NCBI GenBank assembly: GCA_907165135.1
Contig: OU015566.1
Span: 8,494,001-8,558,000 of the forward strand
From: Oikopleura dioica
Lineage: Eukaryota > Animalia > Chordata
Direction: 5' to 3'
Length of the DNA: 64,000 bases
Made by a program: the position numbers and the translations under genes. The notes beneath the pieces were generated by a model. It was not told the origin of the DNA and did not search any database. It saw nothing but the letters and a program-made list of their open reading frames with translations. This document shows, in pieces, positions 24,510 through 37,874 of this stretch; the stretch's first letter is position 1; each line of letters starts with the position of its first letter.

Positions 24510-26529
24510 CCATTAATAAAGCAGCTTCTGCTTTTGACCTCTTCCTTTGAGACGCTTAAATGGCCTCACCTGCTGTTTCTGGGGTCTTTTCAAGCTCGCT
24601 TTAGAAGCATGGGATTTTATGGCGCAGAGAATAGTCCTAAAAGTTTAATGCTATTCATTCAACTCAAGTTAATTCAAAAAAGAACCTCATCTGAGGTTTC
24701 ACGTGTCCCTCAGGCGACTCCTGGAACTTGTAAATAACTAAACTTATGTACAGTGGCGTTGTGGTTGCATGAATTTTCAAATAGGCTTCTAAAAGTCTGT
24801 CTACTGGTGACCTCAAAAAGCTTCTGCATGAAACAAGTAAATGAAAACGAAAAAACATCAAGTGAGAACCGCCAAGATGAGATTTACAGTCCATAAACAA
24901 CAGTATCATTACCTCGCATTATTTTCTTTCTCAGGCTCAGTACTGATTTCAGCAGTGCTACAGTTGTAGTTGCCCTTTCCGTCCATCATTTGAAAGAGTA
25001 CTTGTTGTATGCCTGGCACAGGGAGGGCAAAGTTGATCTTGGCCGGACGATGGCGGTCTTTATATTCGCATCTGTGGGATGGCTTCGGTACAAAAAATTT
25101 TAATATGAAAACGCAAATTTAATAGTTTTTATTGCGATGCCGCGTTGGATCGGCTCCAAAGCTGAGATTAATGAGGGGTGAATCAGGACGTATGGGCTGT
25201 ATTACGGTGGTAGCCGGTCTATTCCGAGATCAGAAACTGACAGCGCGATGTCACATTAGCGCGGCCACGCTTCGCGAATGTACAGTAAGCCCGTTTTCCT
25301 GTTTAGTTTCGTACAGGTTGGCGAGCGGCCAAGTGCTTCTGCATCGAGCGCGACTTCGAAAATCGCTTTCAACGGGTTGAAGATGATTGGTGCTACCTCG
25401 CGTAGCTGTGGGTTCGATGTAACATCCAGGTGTTTCAGGCATCCGAGACATTCAGGGTGAAGGTGAACTGGTCTGAGGAGAGCCTTAAGACCGACTTTAG
25501 CAGGGATAGAGAATATTCTTTATTCGGTATAATTGTTGAGAACGAAAGATAGTCCCGTATGATCGCGCAAATTAACGCCCCATTGTCTGTAGATATTAAT
25601 TTCCCAAATCGCCTCATTCCTGCCCTTTTCCCAGCGTAATTTGGTTACGCGACAAGTCAAGCAATTCGACCTTGAGGTTGCGCGAAAGTGTTTCGAGAAC
25701 ACCGCCGTGGTCTGAAATTCCTTGCTCAGGAAGTGAGATTTCAGTCAAATTATCGAAAATCGGCGCCAATTCATCTGACTAAAAGGGCGTCCTACGGGAG
25801 AAACAAGCAATTATCAAATCGAAAGGATGAATTCGCGTGTTTTTTTTCCTAGAAAGGTCGAAAAGGCTAACAAGGGGCCACTTGACTATTTCGCCCGTAA
25901 AACGCCCATAAAAGTCCACTTTGAAGCTTGCCATGTTTGCTGTGTCAAGGTTGAGAAAAAGGGGTTGTAAAAATCAAGTAGAAAGTAAATAATCATCTTT
26001 TCAACCATTCCGATGCACATTTTTTGAATCTCACTAAAAGGCTACTATTGAGTTCATAAGTTGAAAGTTCACTCAAGAAAGTTTTCATTCAAGAACTCTC
26101 ACTGTAAAATCATACGGGTTAGGGTCTCCCAGCATGTTGGGCATTTGCTATTCTTGAAAATCCCTCTTTCAACAAAACCTGTTTTGAAAACCGGATAATG
26201 AGTTCCATCAGAATGAGTAGATTACCTGTCAGCAACACCTCTCCGACGAAAAAGTCGGGCATATCGTAAAAGTCAACCAGGTAATGATTTCTCGCAAGGA
26301 CATCGAGACATGCGCCAAGAAGAGTTGATTTGAATAAGATCCGGCCACTGGATTGTTTGGCAAAGCAGGTGCATTTTTGTCTGAGAGAGGAAGAACGCTT
26401 GAATTGTGAGCCTCGCGAGGTATAACGACCAGCAGCTCTATTCTGAGCAGCAACATTTGCGCGGATTATTCCAAAGTGGCCGGATTTGGCGTCATTTATG
26501 AAGCAACCGACATAATCCGACGATTCCAT
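24510..26529 (-). CDS. Leucine-rich repeat (RNI-like) protein; boundaries approximate
   Basis: Exonic frames give LGACLDVLARNHYLVDFYD, VELLDLSRNQITLG and CLKHLDVTSNPQLREV, which are LRR-type repeats. Confidence 0.55.
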
Positions 26530-26632
26530 TCACTCTGAAATCACAAAAATCAGAATGAGAAACGTTTCTTTTGTATAAAAAATAAAAATTTTATCTAAAA
26601 AAAAGAAAATATGAAAGCTTGTTATGTTGAAA

Positions 26633-28873
26633 TTATCTTCGTTGTCTTCGGCTACTGATCACTGGACTTTTCGAGCGAATGGGAGCGGATGGAATCGTCT
26701 TGTCAGATGGTGGTCGTGGGCTGTCGAAATCCTGATCTTCAGTGGAATAGTCAGTAGAGTCATCAGTTTCCGTTTCTGTTTTTACGGATTTTGAGTCAGC
26801 GTAGGAGGAACGCCCGCGAGGAGTAGCTGTTCTCGAGCTAGCATCACTCATGGGTGCTGTTGGTTGATCGTGGAATTCTGTTACTGACTTGGTGACTGGA
26901 ATTTGCTCCGCTTGAGATGATGATTGGATGCTTCGAGGACTAGCGATGCTAGAAAAATCATCGTCCGAGTAGTTGTCCGTCTTTTTGTCGGAAGAAATCG
27001 AAGTTGTTGTTGCGTAAGATTTCGCTGTTGGAATGGAAATATTCACTAAACCTCGTTATTTTTACATCCATTTTGAGTTTTACCTGAAGATCGGGGTCTT
27101 TTTGTTTTCTCAGAAGACGATTTTCTACTTGAAACGATCTCTTGACTAGAATTTATGTCAATTTCTTTCTTCTCATGAATATCAAATGCAAATAGAGTCT
27201 CCGAAGTGAGTGCTGGTTGCTTTTGACCGCTGTTATCAGTCGTCTGTGTCGTCACAGATCGAAGCTTAGACTCAACGGCATTCGCTCCTGGTTGCTTTTT
27301 ATCTACAACCGGATATGAATTCATGGGAAGTAGGCTCCTCTTGGATGATTTTGGTCTGATAGAATTTGAAACGTTCAATGATGATCGCCGCTTATCCGGG
27401 GCAAGCAAAGATGTCGAAGAACAATTTCCAGGATTGAGGGAAGTATTCAAGTCCGAGAATACCGGCTTGAGAGTTGGGCGTCCAAAACGATCGTATGTGC
27501 CAGATGGGAGGTCTTGTCGGAGCCTCGTAGAAGCACTTTGCTTGATTTCATGCTCGGAAATGGACTTTGCCGATATCATTGGAGAGGTAGACATTGCGTC
27601 CATGCTGTCCTCATCGTCAGAAGAGGATTCTGACGAGGATTCAACATCCTCGACTTTAGGTTTGTTCTTAGCGAGCGCTAGATATTGTGTTAAGTGGTTT
27701 CGGATCTAGCTTTTTTATTTTCTCACCCTTGATGGAGTCAATAGCGCGTTCAGAGGATCCATTATTTCCAGCATGTCGATGATGCGTGCAGCACTTGGCG
27801 TTCAAGTTATTCAGCTCGTCGATTATTTGCGCTACGAGTGGACACGATGATCTATCGATGTTGCCCGCATCGAGAATATTTCGCTTCGTCTTATTTGTCT
27901 GTTCGTCTGAGGAAATTGAAGGTTTAGTAGGTGTTAAAGCTGATTCATTTTTTACCGGCCTGGATGATTTTTGGGCGGTAAACAACAGTGCGATGTGGTG
28001 CTTTCAGACGCTCGATGATAGATTCCATTTCATCGCGGCTCTTCTCTTGTGCTTCCCACTGGTTAAACTTGACTTGGAGTTCATTCCTCCTTGGTTGAAC
28101 AGGGGCAACGTAATGCATCGGTGGTGGGTTGTACAAGGCTCCTACATCTTCTCCATATCTTATTCGGTACTTTTCAGGGATCGGCGGCGGCTCAAGAATT
28201 TGAAATGATTTCAGAATTTTTGTCTCGTCCAAGACACTTTGACTCGCTTTAGCGCTCAATTTTGGTCTTCCGTATGCTGATTCTGGTTTGTTAAACTTCG
28301 ATGGCGGCCTCTTGTAGCTTGGTGGCTGAGGACGTCCACGGTGCAACTTGGGAGTGGGCGGCTTCTTTTGCGCTTTTTGACTTATCGATGATATAGCGCG
28401 AGAGGGGCCTTTGCTTCGTTGACTTGTTCTTCGCTTACGAGCTACTGTTTCTTTAATCTCTGCCATGACGTAAATTGTTCCAAGCTCGAATGTCTTGTCG
28501 TATACGGAGGCAAATGCAACGTCATTACTGTAAAAGCCGTTTTCAAGTTGGAAATAGCTTTCAGAGATCTTCTGGTATTCCCCGTAGTCGTTTTTCTCTG
28601 AAAGGAAAGCTGGTCAGACTGCTATTTATCCGATTGAATACCTAATAAATAGAGGATGACTGGCGAATCCCAGACATCGGCAGGGGTCGAATACGTAATC
28701 CGCTTCCCCGCAGCCAAGTTCAAGCAAGTGGTCTCGCAGTCCATCTTCGGGAGTGGAACTAGAATTTTCTCTTCCAACGGCCCGAAGCCAATCGCAATAT
28801 GCGGCTTGAAGCCAATCCCACATGAGAACTCAGCCCTTCCGAACCGAATTTCGAATGTCTCCAGTTTTGACAT
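26633..28873 (-). CDS. Uncharacterised protein: folded N-terminal domain followed by a long basic Ser/Pro-rich region (possibly MAP10-like, unconfirmed)
   Basis: Co-oriented ORFs 28622-28873, 27945-28466, 27668-27985, 27046-27603 and 26633-27046 are separated by short intron-like gaps. Confidence 0.6.
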
Positions 28874-29060
28874 TCTTGAAAAGTCTTTTTATCTCTTCAT
28901 TTCACATGTTACTTTTCGCTATCTCTGTAGTCAGCAGTTTAATTTGAAAGAATAATTCCACAGTCAGAGGGCAGTTGTTTGAGGCATGGCTTTCCAAAAG
29001 AAAAAAATAAGATTTCGAATAACTGAAACGGCTAGGTTGTCAAAAATGAGTCGAGCGGAG

Positions 29061-30628
29061 CTAGCGTCGGGAGCGTTTTCGCGATCGAGATCTAAACGGG
29101 ATGATTGATAGAACATTATTACAGGTTCCGCTATGGATGTCCCAAGATGTATTTACCGTTTACGACTCTTTTTACTACTTTTCTTGTGGTCTCTAGAGCG
29201 TGATCGTTCTCGGCGGCGGCGATCACGGTCGCGTGACCTAGATCGACGGCGGGATGAGCTTTTCTTTCGAGATCTTGATCTTGATCGTGATCTTAATAAT
29301 TTTTTTATACAAGCTCTTATTAATAAAAAGTACCTAGACTTCTTCTTTTTGCTACCAAAGTCTCGGTCAAGCTTGCTCATTGCATCTGGAGCAGCGTCGT
29401 GTTTGATGTCAGAGTATTTCGTGTGCTTGATTGATATCGGAATTCCAGCGAACATCTTAAGAAAGCTAGTGGAAGACGGTTAAACCTAGGCTACATACGT
29501 TTCCATCAAGTTGAAGAGCTGCACCAACAGAAGATGCATCAGAAAACACAACAGTGCAGTAGCGCACTTGGTGTCCAACATCGTCCTTGTCCATTTCAGT
29601 CTTTCTTCCTTTTCGAAGCTCATGGAATTCCACCCGGTCGACTTTTCCAGAGTAGGATTCAAAGTATTGTTTCACCTTGAATGAAGAAAATCAAGAACTT
29701 TTCCGAAAAGAAAAAGGCTACCTGTTCATCTGTTACGATTTCATGAACGTTTCCAACGCAAATTTGTCGTCTAAACTCATCCGCCGATTGCGCATTCACA
29801 GTCGTCATCAAACGCGGATTGTTGAAGAGAGTCAGCGCGGTCTAAATCAGCTATTTTAAAAGCCACATCGTGATCAATTCTCACCGAAGTAGCATCCAGT
29901 CCGTCTCCTAGGTTCATGTTCTTGACGACATCTTGGGGCGTGCAGTAGATAATCGCCTCGGACTCATCTGGCCACTCGTCCTTCCATTCCTTCACCTGAA
30001 GCGCACGGTCGATAAAGACTAAAGTTAAAGAGTAATTATTTAAATTCAAGGAAAAGTTAGCAAGGAGCAGATACCAGTATTGCTGAGATGGAGGGAAACA
30101 ACAACGTCTGCCTTCGACTGGAACTTCACGAAACAGACCTAGAGATAAAAATTGAGAAGGCATTTATGAAGGAGGCTGAATACTTTGTTCTGGACGAGTG
30201 AGACGTCATACTTTGGGTACAAGGCAATGTCTGTAATGGGCCCGATGAAACTGAATAATACACTCATTTGCTCTTCCGTTGCTTTTGTAGTGACGTTGTT
30301 CACCTAAAAACCAGATCGAAAAGGCTCTAAAGTAAGTAAAGTCTACCTGAACAATGTTCGTTTCTGAGACGTATGGTTCTATTTCATTCTTTTTATCTGT
30401 TGCTTTTGCTTCCACTCCATTCTGGTTAGAATCTTCGATTGTAATGACTTCAGCGCCAGATTGCCCGTTTTCCACATTTTCTTCCGTTTCCATTTTGTTG
30501 TCATCAGCGGCAACTGGCACAACAGGCGTTGGTTCCCCCGAATCAATTTTTGAGTCCCCATTTACCTCACTTAAACTCGGCTTGACCACGATGGGCTCAT
30601 CACCGAACATATCGTCTACATCTGCCAT
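29061..30628 (-). CDS. SRSF11: SR splicing factor of the SRSF11/SREK1 family (RRMs plus RS domain)
   Basis: IVQVNNVTTKATEEQMSVLFSFIGPI, VCFVKF..V.VSLHLSNT.VFIDRAL, a second RRM-like exon and an RS tract at 29153-29290. SRSF11 versus SREK1 is not resolvable. Confidence 0.8.
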
Positions 30629-30681
30629 TTTCTGAAGATAAAGACTGAGGATCTCGTTGATACAGAAATAAAGCTTATTCA

Positions 30682-32964
30682 TTAAAAATCAATGACAGGA
30701 GAAATATTTTGAGCCGAGCGCAGGGAAATCTGAGAGGCAGTTAGCGCAGCTTTGATTATTTCTTCTTTTGATAATCGCCCATTTGATAATTGGGCGACAA
30801 AACATCCTGTAAATGTATCTCCGCAGCCATTAACATGAACAGGGTCGCCCTGTGGCACCTTGTTCCAATTAACCGATGATATTAATGGAAAGTGGCAGAC
30901 TTGTGTGCCTTCAACATGAAAAACGCCGTGTTCCGCAGCTGTTACGAGAAGCTCGCAGGAGATTCCAACTTTTCTTAGATTTTCCACGGACTTTTTTATA
31001 TGGAAACCAAGTCGTGATGGTTCAGAGAGCCAAATGCTCTCAATCCGCTGTGCTTCATCAAAGTCAACTTCTGAGTTGATTAATTGCATTTCAGTGACAA
31101 TTAATTCCGCCAAATTGGGAAAGTAAAAGTCAAGCTGGCGTATGACTGATTCTCTCTCAGGAATTCGAAATAAACTCGTTGGATCAGCCAACATGATCTT
31201 TTTAGATTCTCTGCCAAGCGCACATATCCTCTCCAGGACGAACTAAAATACAGTTATATTTTCTGATAGCTTTAATTTCGTACCGGCTGAAGATTGAAAT
31301 CAAGCAAAATTGTTTTACAAGATTCTATCCGCCGCTTGACCTCGGTATCGATTGCAAATTGATTTGAAATTTCCATGTCTTGAGCAGCAACGTGGATTTC
31401 GCCATCGTCTTCCACTACGCACATGTACTGTCCAGATCTTGAGCCTTCTTTTACATCTTGCTGGAGAAATATTAGTTGAAAATCAATTGATTTAGCTTTA
31501 CTTTTATGAGATTTAGCTCTTTCGAAAGTCGGTTCTCTAAAAAGGCGCCGGCCGAGTCGTCACCAATTGTTGTGATGAAAGTTGGTCTACGAGACAGATC
31601 AGAACGCGCCACAGCGATTGCAAGATTGGCACCGACGCCTCCCACATTTGTCTGAACAGAAGCGTAGTTGGACGCTCCACGGGGACGCGCCTTCGAGTCA
31701 AGTTTCCAGATTGTGTCCATATTAGCAGTTCCGAAGATCACTTGTCTTTGGGTTTTTTCGATGCGATAACACGGTTTTCACTTGCTTTATATATAAATCC
31801 CTGCCTATATCGGATGATTGTGAGTGCGAAAGAAAAGGATGCTGAGAACTAAAAAACAGATTTTCAGGAGTATTGTTTTTTTTTCTTTACAAAATTGGCC
31901 AAAATTAAGTTGAAACAGAAAGAAGTTAGCCGCAAGTTAGACGCACCAGGAATTTCGTTGAAGAGCGAATTCTTTCGCGATTTGGCCGCCCACGAGGCAG
32001 TTGTTTTCGACCAAACGGACGTTGATTTCGACAGTTTTTCCTTTGGAAAGATCTGCGAGTTTTGACAGGATGAATGGTGTAGACGCGGGGCTGAAAAGAA
32101 CATGAGTTCTGTGGAATCATAAAGGATAGTTTTCTCATACCCAGTAATGTTCTGACGTTCTGCTTCGGAAAGAGCTTCATCAATCAATCCACTGATAAAA
32201 ATTCCATCGCCTTCCGCATCCTTCGGTACCGGATTAGCAAAAACAATTCCCGAGCTTATTCCGATCTCTTTATTCACTGCAAGAATTTTGCCCGCTTGTT
32301 CGACAGAAACTGCTCCTCCATGCGACTTGAGTCCGGAGTCGCGCATGTAAAAGTCCGGAAACGCATCTGAATCACCAATTGTATACGTTCCAACTCCGTG
32401 CGTCTCCAAGACTTCCAGCGTTTTCTTCACGTCTAGGATTTTCTTCACTCCAGACGAGACAACCGCCACGGGTGTTCGGCCAAGCTCCGACAAATCTGCA
32501 GAAATGTCGAAAGTAACTTCGGCGCCTCGATGAACGCCCCCAAGTCCCCCCGTCGCCATGAGATCGATTCCAGCTAAATTGGCCGCTAATACAGTACCAG
32601 CAATAGTTGTGCCGCCCCAGCCAGAACTTGCCAGGACTTTAGAAAAGTCACGTCTGGAAACTTTCACTGCGTCGTCACACTGGCAAAGCTCGAATAATTC
32701 TTCTTCATTTGCTCCTTATCAAATCGAGTAAGGAAAAATGACGCAATGATAATTTTTACCGATGTGAATTTTTCCGTTGTATAAAAAGATGGTAGCGGGA
32801 AAAGCTCCGCTTAATTTGACAGCAGCTTCGCAGCGCTGAGCTACTTCCAGGTTTGTTGGCCGAGGAAGGCCATGAGTAAGGATGGTGGACTCTAGGGCGA
32901 CAATAGGTTCGTGATTTTTCAAGGCAGTACGGACAGCGGAGGATATTACAAGCCGCGATTTCAT
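30682..32964 (-). CDS. Bifunctional pseudouridine catabolism enzyme: pseudouridine-5'-phosphate glycosidase (PsuG/IndA) fused to a PfkB-family pseudouridine kinase
   Basis: IVALESTILTHGLPRP, GGTTIAGT, ATGGLGGVHRGAE.TFDISADLSEL (PsuG). GGVGANLAIA, TIGDDSAG and NGCGDTF (PfkB). Confidence 0.92.
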
Positions 32965-33282
32965 TATGTCTAAATTCGATCAATTCTCAGGTTTTTTTTC
33001 GACGGTTCTTCTAACTAAGATGGTTTTGTTTTCGGATAGTTTCAAAATGTCCCAAAAGTCGGTTACCAAAGAGCGGATCCTCCGCCCCTCAGTCGTAGAC
33101 CCTGGGTTGCTCTAACACCTTGTGAACGCTGTCATCAAAACTGAACACGAGACTGCTGCTTGAAAAAAGGTGACACTTTGCGACTACCAGACGGTTTTAA
33201 AAAATACCACATCATTGGTTCTAGATGTATCTTATGGTTCTCAAGGGCAGTAGAATTTATTCTAAAGGTGAAGAAAATCAAG

Positions 33283-34065
33283 TTAGAAGCCGAATTGCTT
33301 CTTGACGCTTCGTCCAGCTTTCATGTTGTTCTTTTCGTTTTCTAGCTTGATGAGTACTTCTTCGATCTCGTAGTTTTTGTGGACAAGCGTGGCCCATTCG
33401 TTTTCAAGACGCGAAAGTGTCTGGCCAGCGCGTTGCTGAGTGTCTTTTCGCTGCCAGTTCACTTCTTGGATGTCTTTTCTGATCTGTTGAAGTTTACTAG
33501 AGAAAGGGGAATGAATCAAATAAGGACGGAGAAATTGTTTACTTCTGTGCATCGGAGACCATTTGGTTGAGAGTTTCGTTGTATTTCAACCAGGCTTGGG
33601 CGCCGTAATCAGCCATTAATTCCAAGTTTTCAATACGAACCAACTGGTGCTGCAGCTGAGCCTTTGAGTTTTCGACTGAACAATTTTATGCGCTGGCACG
33701 AGGAGGAAGAGTCAGTACCTGCTTTATTCCAGGCTTCTGGGTCGTGTCGCAACCCAGGAGTAGGCGCAGGGAGAGTGTATCGTTCAGTCTGCATCAGTTC
33801 CATTGGCTTCTTCGACGTTATTCTTGCGAGTTCTGCCTTCATCAGCGGGGTTAAAAACTTGTCGTGATCTATTATTGTGTTGATGCCTTTTGAACTAGAA
33901 TGAACGATGGGTACCTGGAGCTGGCAAATGCTCAAGGTAGTTTTTGGTTGGTGGAAACTTGTGCATCTCCCTTTCAATCAGCTCCATTGCTGCTTCCCTG
34001 ACTCCCGGATCGTCGTATCCTCGATCGAAATAAGGCAAGGCATCGATTACAACATTTTCTGCCAT
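33283..34065 (-). CDS. BCAS2: Pre-mRNA splicing factor SPF27
   Basis: [28 protein letters not shown]...NYLEHLP; [36 protein letters not shown]. Confidence 0.93.
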
Positions 34066-34298
34066 TTTCTGATGAGTTGCCAGATTAAAATTTTTATTAT
34101 ATTTATATATTTATTAAAATGAGGCATCAACTGACTGTCAGTCCTTGTCAAGGATGTCAGGATGTCCCGCAAAAATGATTATCAATTAATAAAATGAACT
34201 ACCGAAACAGTATGGATGAAGGCTGATCTGTCGCAGCAAGTGGCAGTAGTTTTTAATGGCAGTAATGGGAGTCCTGGGGTCTTTCGGTCAATCGGAAT

Positions 34299-35318
34299 TC
34301 AATTTTTGTTGTTCTTTTTTAATTCGTCGTTCTTGGGCGAATTTGATGAGACCGTCTTCGAAGGCGATCTTTTGGCTAGCTCTTTGGTCATGAATGCTAA
34401 TTGCTCGGCGCTGAAGTCGGGCGAGGTATCGATGAAAAAGCCCTCGATTTGGCGGATTTCTTTTGGATAAACTTCCAGGAGAAGATGCGTGGCTTCTTGA
34501 CGAACCACGAGAGGTGCCACAATGCCCATCGAGTGCATCTTCTTGATGTTTCTGATTTGCTTTTTAACTGCTTCACACTCTTGTCTGTGCGCTTTCGTTT
34601 GCTAGGATAATATAAGTTAAAATTCATAGCCGTCGCTGCCAACCTTTTTCTTTTTGTGACCTTGAAGCCGTGCTTCAATAGCGTTGAAGACCATCTGAAG
34701 CCATTCTTTGGTTCCTGTTGAATCTTTCTTCGCTTCATTCTTTTTTTCTTCGGGAACACGGACTTTTTGGACTGGTGCTGGTTCAGCCAATTTCTTTGAA
34801 ATAATCTCTTTCTCCGTAACCTTTTTCTCTTGAGCTTTCTGTCGAAGAACCCTCGTGATATCTTCGATGCTTCTCTTATTCTTTTGAATTTTGTTGGCGG
34901 CTTCGTTGGATGTCAAAACTTCGAGACTTTGATCCTTCAAACTCTTCACTTTCTTGTACCCTGGTTCAGTCAAAGGCTGTTTTTCAACTGTGGCCGGGAA
35001 GAATTTTCTTGGCCCTTTCTTCCATTTCTGAAAAAATCATTAGGATAGTTTTTCAAAAATTGACCCTACCAAGATTTTTCTTCCGGGAAACAACTGGTCG
35101 TAGGCGATAAAGTCCCCATTCTTGCTTTTGTACGTTCGGGAACTTGCTTGAAAGTCATCTTCGTTTTCGAGGATCACCTGAAGACATGGACTGTTGAACA
35201 AACGGCTGACTATTTTTGATGTTTTTACCTTGTGACCCGACACGAAGACAGCAAAAAGAAACCCAGGATCCTCGTTTTCGTCATTTTCGACCATTCTTTT
35301 TCGCTTCATCCCAGACAT
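34299..35318 (-). CDS. Uncharacterised basic protein
   Basis: Co-oriented ORFs 35040-35330, 34617-34973 and 34299-34538 are linked by short intron-like gaps. No family recognised. Confidence 0.55.
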
Positions 35319-35379
35319 TCTGAAGCACACGTATTCAGATAAGCTTAAGCTTACTCAAGTGAAATATGTACAGTAATAT

Positions 35380-37704
35380 TCATTTTCTAATTTTGTACAA
35401 AACAATACTCCTGGAAGCATCATCTAGCGGAGTCGGGCTATGAAAAAAGCTCTCTACGTGAAAGTATCGAAGCTCTTGAAGAGTACTTCGAAGCTTTGAT
35501 TCATGCTTGTCAAAAAAGGCGAGATAATCGTATGATTTTTGGGATAAATCTTTGTAGACAAAGTCTTCTGGGTCTTCGTGAAACTTATCCACGTCCGTTT
35601 TGAAGGGTTCGTTTTTGCGGCCTTGCGAGACCGGAGGTGGACATTGAAGTTGAAAAAGTTCTGAAGTAGAAAATGTAAAACTCTAGCTGAAGCGTTAGAC
35701 GAACCGAGATGATGTCCTTTCAAGCAAAATCGACTGTACTCTCCGGGCATAACATGGCACGGGCCGTAAAATCGAATACTATCGCCTTCATTGAAGCATA
35801 ATTCAACCCTAAGATAGCTAGGTGTAATGGTAGAAAAATGAACCACATGATCGCCTTTTTAAAGCTTCAATTATGATGCAGATTTAGAATCGCTAGGTCG
35901 TGGCGATCATTTTGATACCAAGATCATCGGAATCGGACTAGATTTTCGACCGAGAATGACCATCTGAAGTCCCAAAATGAGCGCTAGAAATTTTCGAGCG
36001 CCCGGAAAGGGATGAATACTCCATCCAGTCATTTAACTCATAGTCTCACTTTGTAGAGCAGGTTTTATTCTCCCAGAATCACTTCACAGAAGTTGTGAAC
36101 AGGGACTCTAGTACGGACGAGCGCCGAAAGAAGCCGAAAAAATGGGGGAAAATCAATGCCAAATTTGGTTTCTGAGAAGTCGCACTAACGATTTCGCCTT
36201 GATTTTGCACGTTTTTGGGGGGCCTCTTTCGGCGCTGGTCCTTACTAGAGTCCCTGTTCACAATTTCTGTGAAGTGATTCTGGGAGAATAAAACCTGCTC
36301 TACAAAGTGAGACTATGTGTTAAATGACTGGATGGAGTATTCATCCCTTTCCGGGCGCTCGAAAATTTCTAGCGCTCATTTTGGGACTTCCGATGCTCAT
36401 TTTCGGTCGAAAATTTAGTCCGATTCCGATGATCTTGGTATCAAAATGATCGCCACGACCTAGCGATTCTAAATCTGCATCATAATTGAAGTTTTAAAAA
36501 GGCGATCATGTGGTCCATTTTTCTACCATTACACCTAAAGATAGCGCGCTAGATCTCCTGGCCCTCGTTGGTGAACAATTGATAAATATATTCCAATAAT
36601 CAAATTCAGCCCAACGTAGATTTTCTTCAACCATTCATTTTGAAAAACACGAGCAGCGGGTTTCGCCCCAAACAGAGTCAGAAGAGGCAAGGCGGACATG
36701 ATGAAGCGGAATTCCTTGTGCTCGGATCCGATCTCCAAGATGAACCAGTTAAAAATCAATGTCATCAAAAGTCCCTTTTCCAGCTTCGATAATCTCTCAG
36801 AGGAAAACAATCGAACAGCGGCGAAGACACAGGAAAAGCCACAGCTGATGGGCAGTCCTTGAACAAGATACCATCCGAAAAAGCCATTTCTTCCGTAAAA
36901 AACTGCGATATTATCGAACACATTTACTTTTAAAAAGTTGAAGGGGGTAATCGTATACTCGCCAAACCAAAGTGAGTCGATTCCGATGCAGAGAGCGAAG
37001 ATGAAAACTGTCATTTTCACGCTTTTAGAAAGGAGTCCCACGCGATCTTCAGTATGAAAAAGATGAAGGAGAAATAGAGGAATGTAGAAAGTAGCGCTTG
37101 TCGGACGCATAATGATGCTCAGAGCTGCTGGGTAAAGATAACTTGTTGAAGATGATTTGAGATGGTCCTCTGAGAAATAGGAGAGGGTGAAGGTGGAAAG
37201 AGCTAATTCCATGGAATTAGAAATAGGCCTGCTGGATGCATATAGCTGGTGGAACGATAGAGTCATGAGCAAAAAGGCCCCTTCCGTGATCGCGGAAGAA
37301 TTGAAGCTTCTATCGATGAATTTGAGAAATGAAATTTCCGAAATTCCAGATGCCAGAGCGACGTAAAGTCGCATGATTGTATGAAGATTGACAAAACGAT
37401 AAAACCCAATCGAATGCAGCAGCTTTCCCAGCATTAGAATCGGCATTAGCCAGATTGGAGATCGAATCGGCGGTGATTTCCATTCCCATGTGAGAGAAGT
37501 TTCGTTCAATATAAAATTGTGGACGACATCGGTCGATTGATAAAACTCGTCAGGAACGTACGCTGTCTGCTGAAGCAACGCCGAGAATATTTTCAAAAGA
37601 AGGATTTGCGCTGCATAAGTTGACATAACGCGATTTTCGCCAGCCTTGGAACGGTGGAAACGGACACGAGTGATTTTTTCGGCTTTTAGCGCGTCAGATT
37701 TCAT
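35380..37704 (-). CDS. PIGB: GPI mannosyltransferase 3, interrupted by a hAT-like MITE in the coding sequence
   Basis: TAYVPDEFYQS, LTWEW..PIRS, RPTSA, NFLKVNV, YG...WYL.QGLP, HKEFRF and HQRG motifs. The C-terminal part (RFYGPCHVMP) resumes after the MITE. Confidence 0.9.
35819..36537. mobile_element. hAT-like MITE/foldback, 719 bp, ~310 bp near-perfect inverted arms, 8-bp TSD AAGATAGC
   Basis: TAGGTGTAATGGTAGAAAAATG... (35819) and ...CATTTTTCTACCATTACACCTA (36537). AAGATAGC at 35811-35818 and 36538-36545. An 8-bp TSD is typical of hAT. Confidence 0.93.
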
Positions 37705-37874
37705 CTTTTCACCTTTTCCGATTTCATTCTGGGTTTATTTGATAATTCAAAACCTGCTAAATAAACCTGCAAAGAAGACAACAACGATGATTTTTTTCAT
37801 TCCTCGACAAATCATGTTCTCGAAAAGCAAATTTCAAAAACAGAGAATTGGAGAAACAAAGGTTTTTAAAGTTT

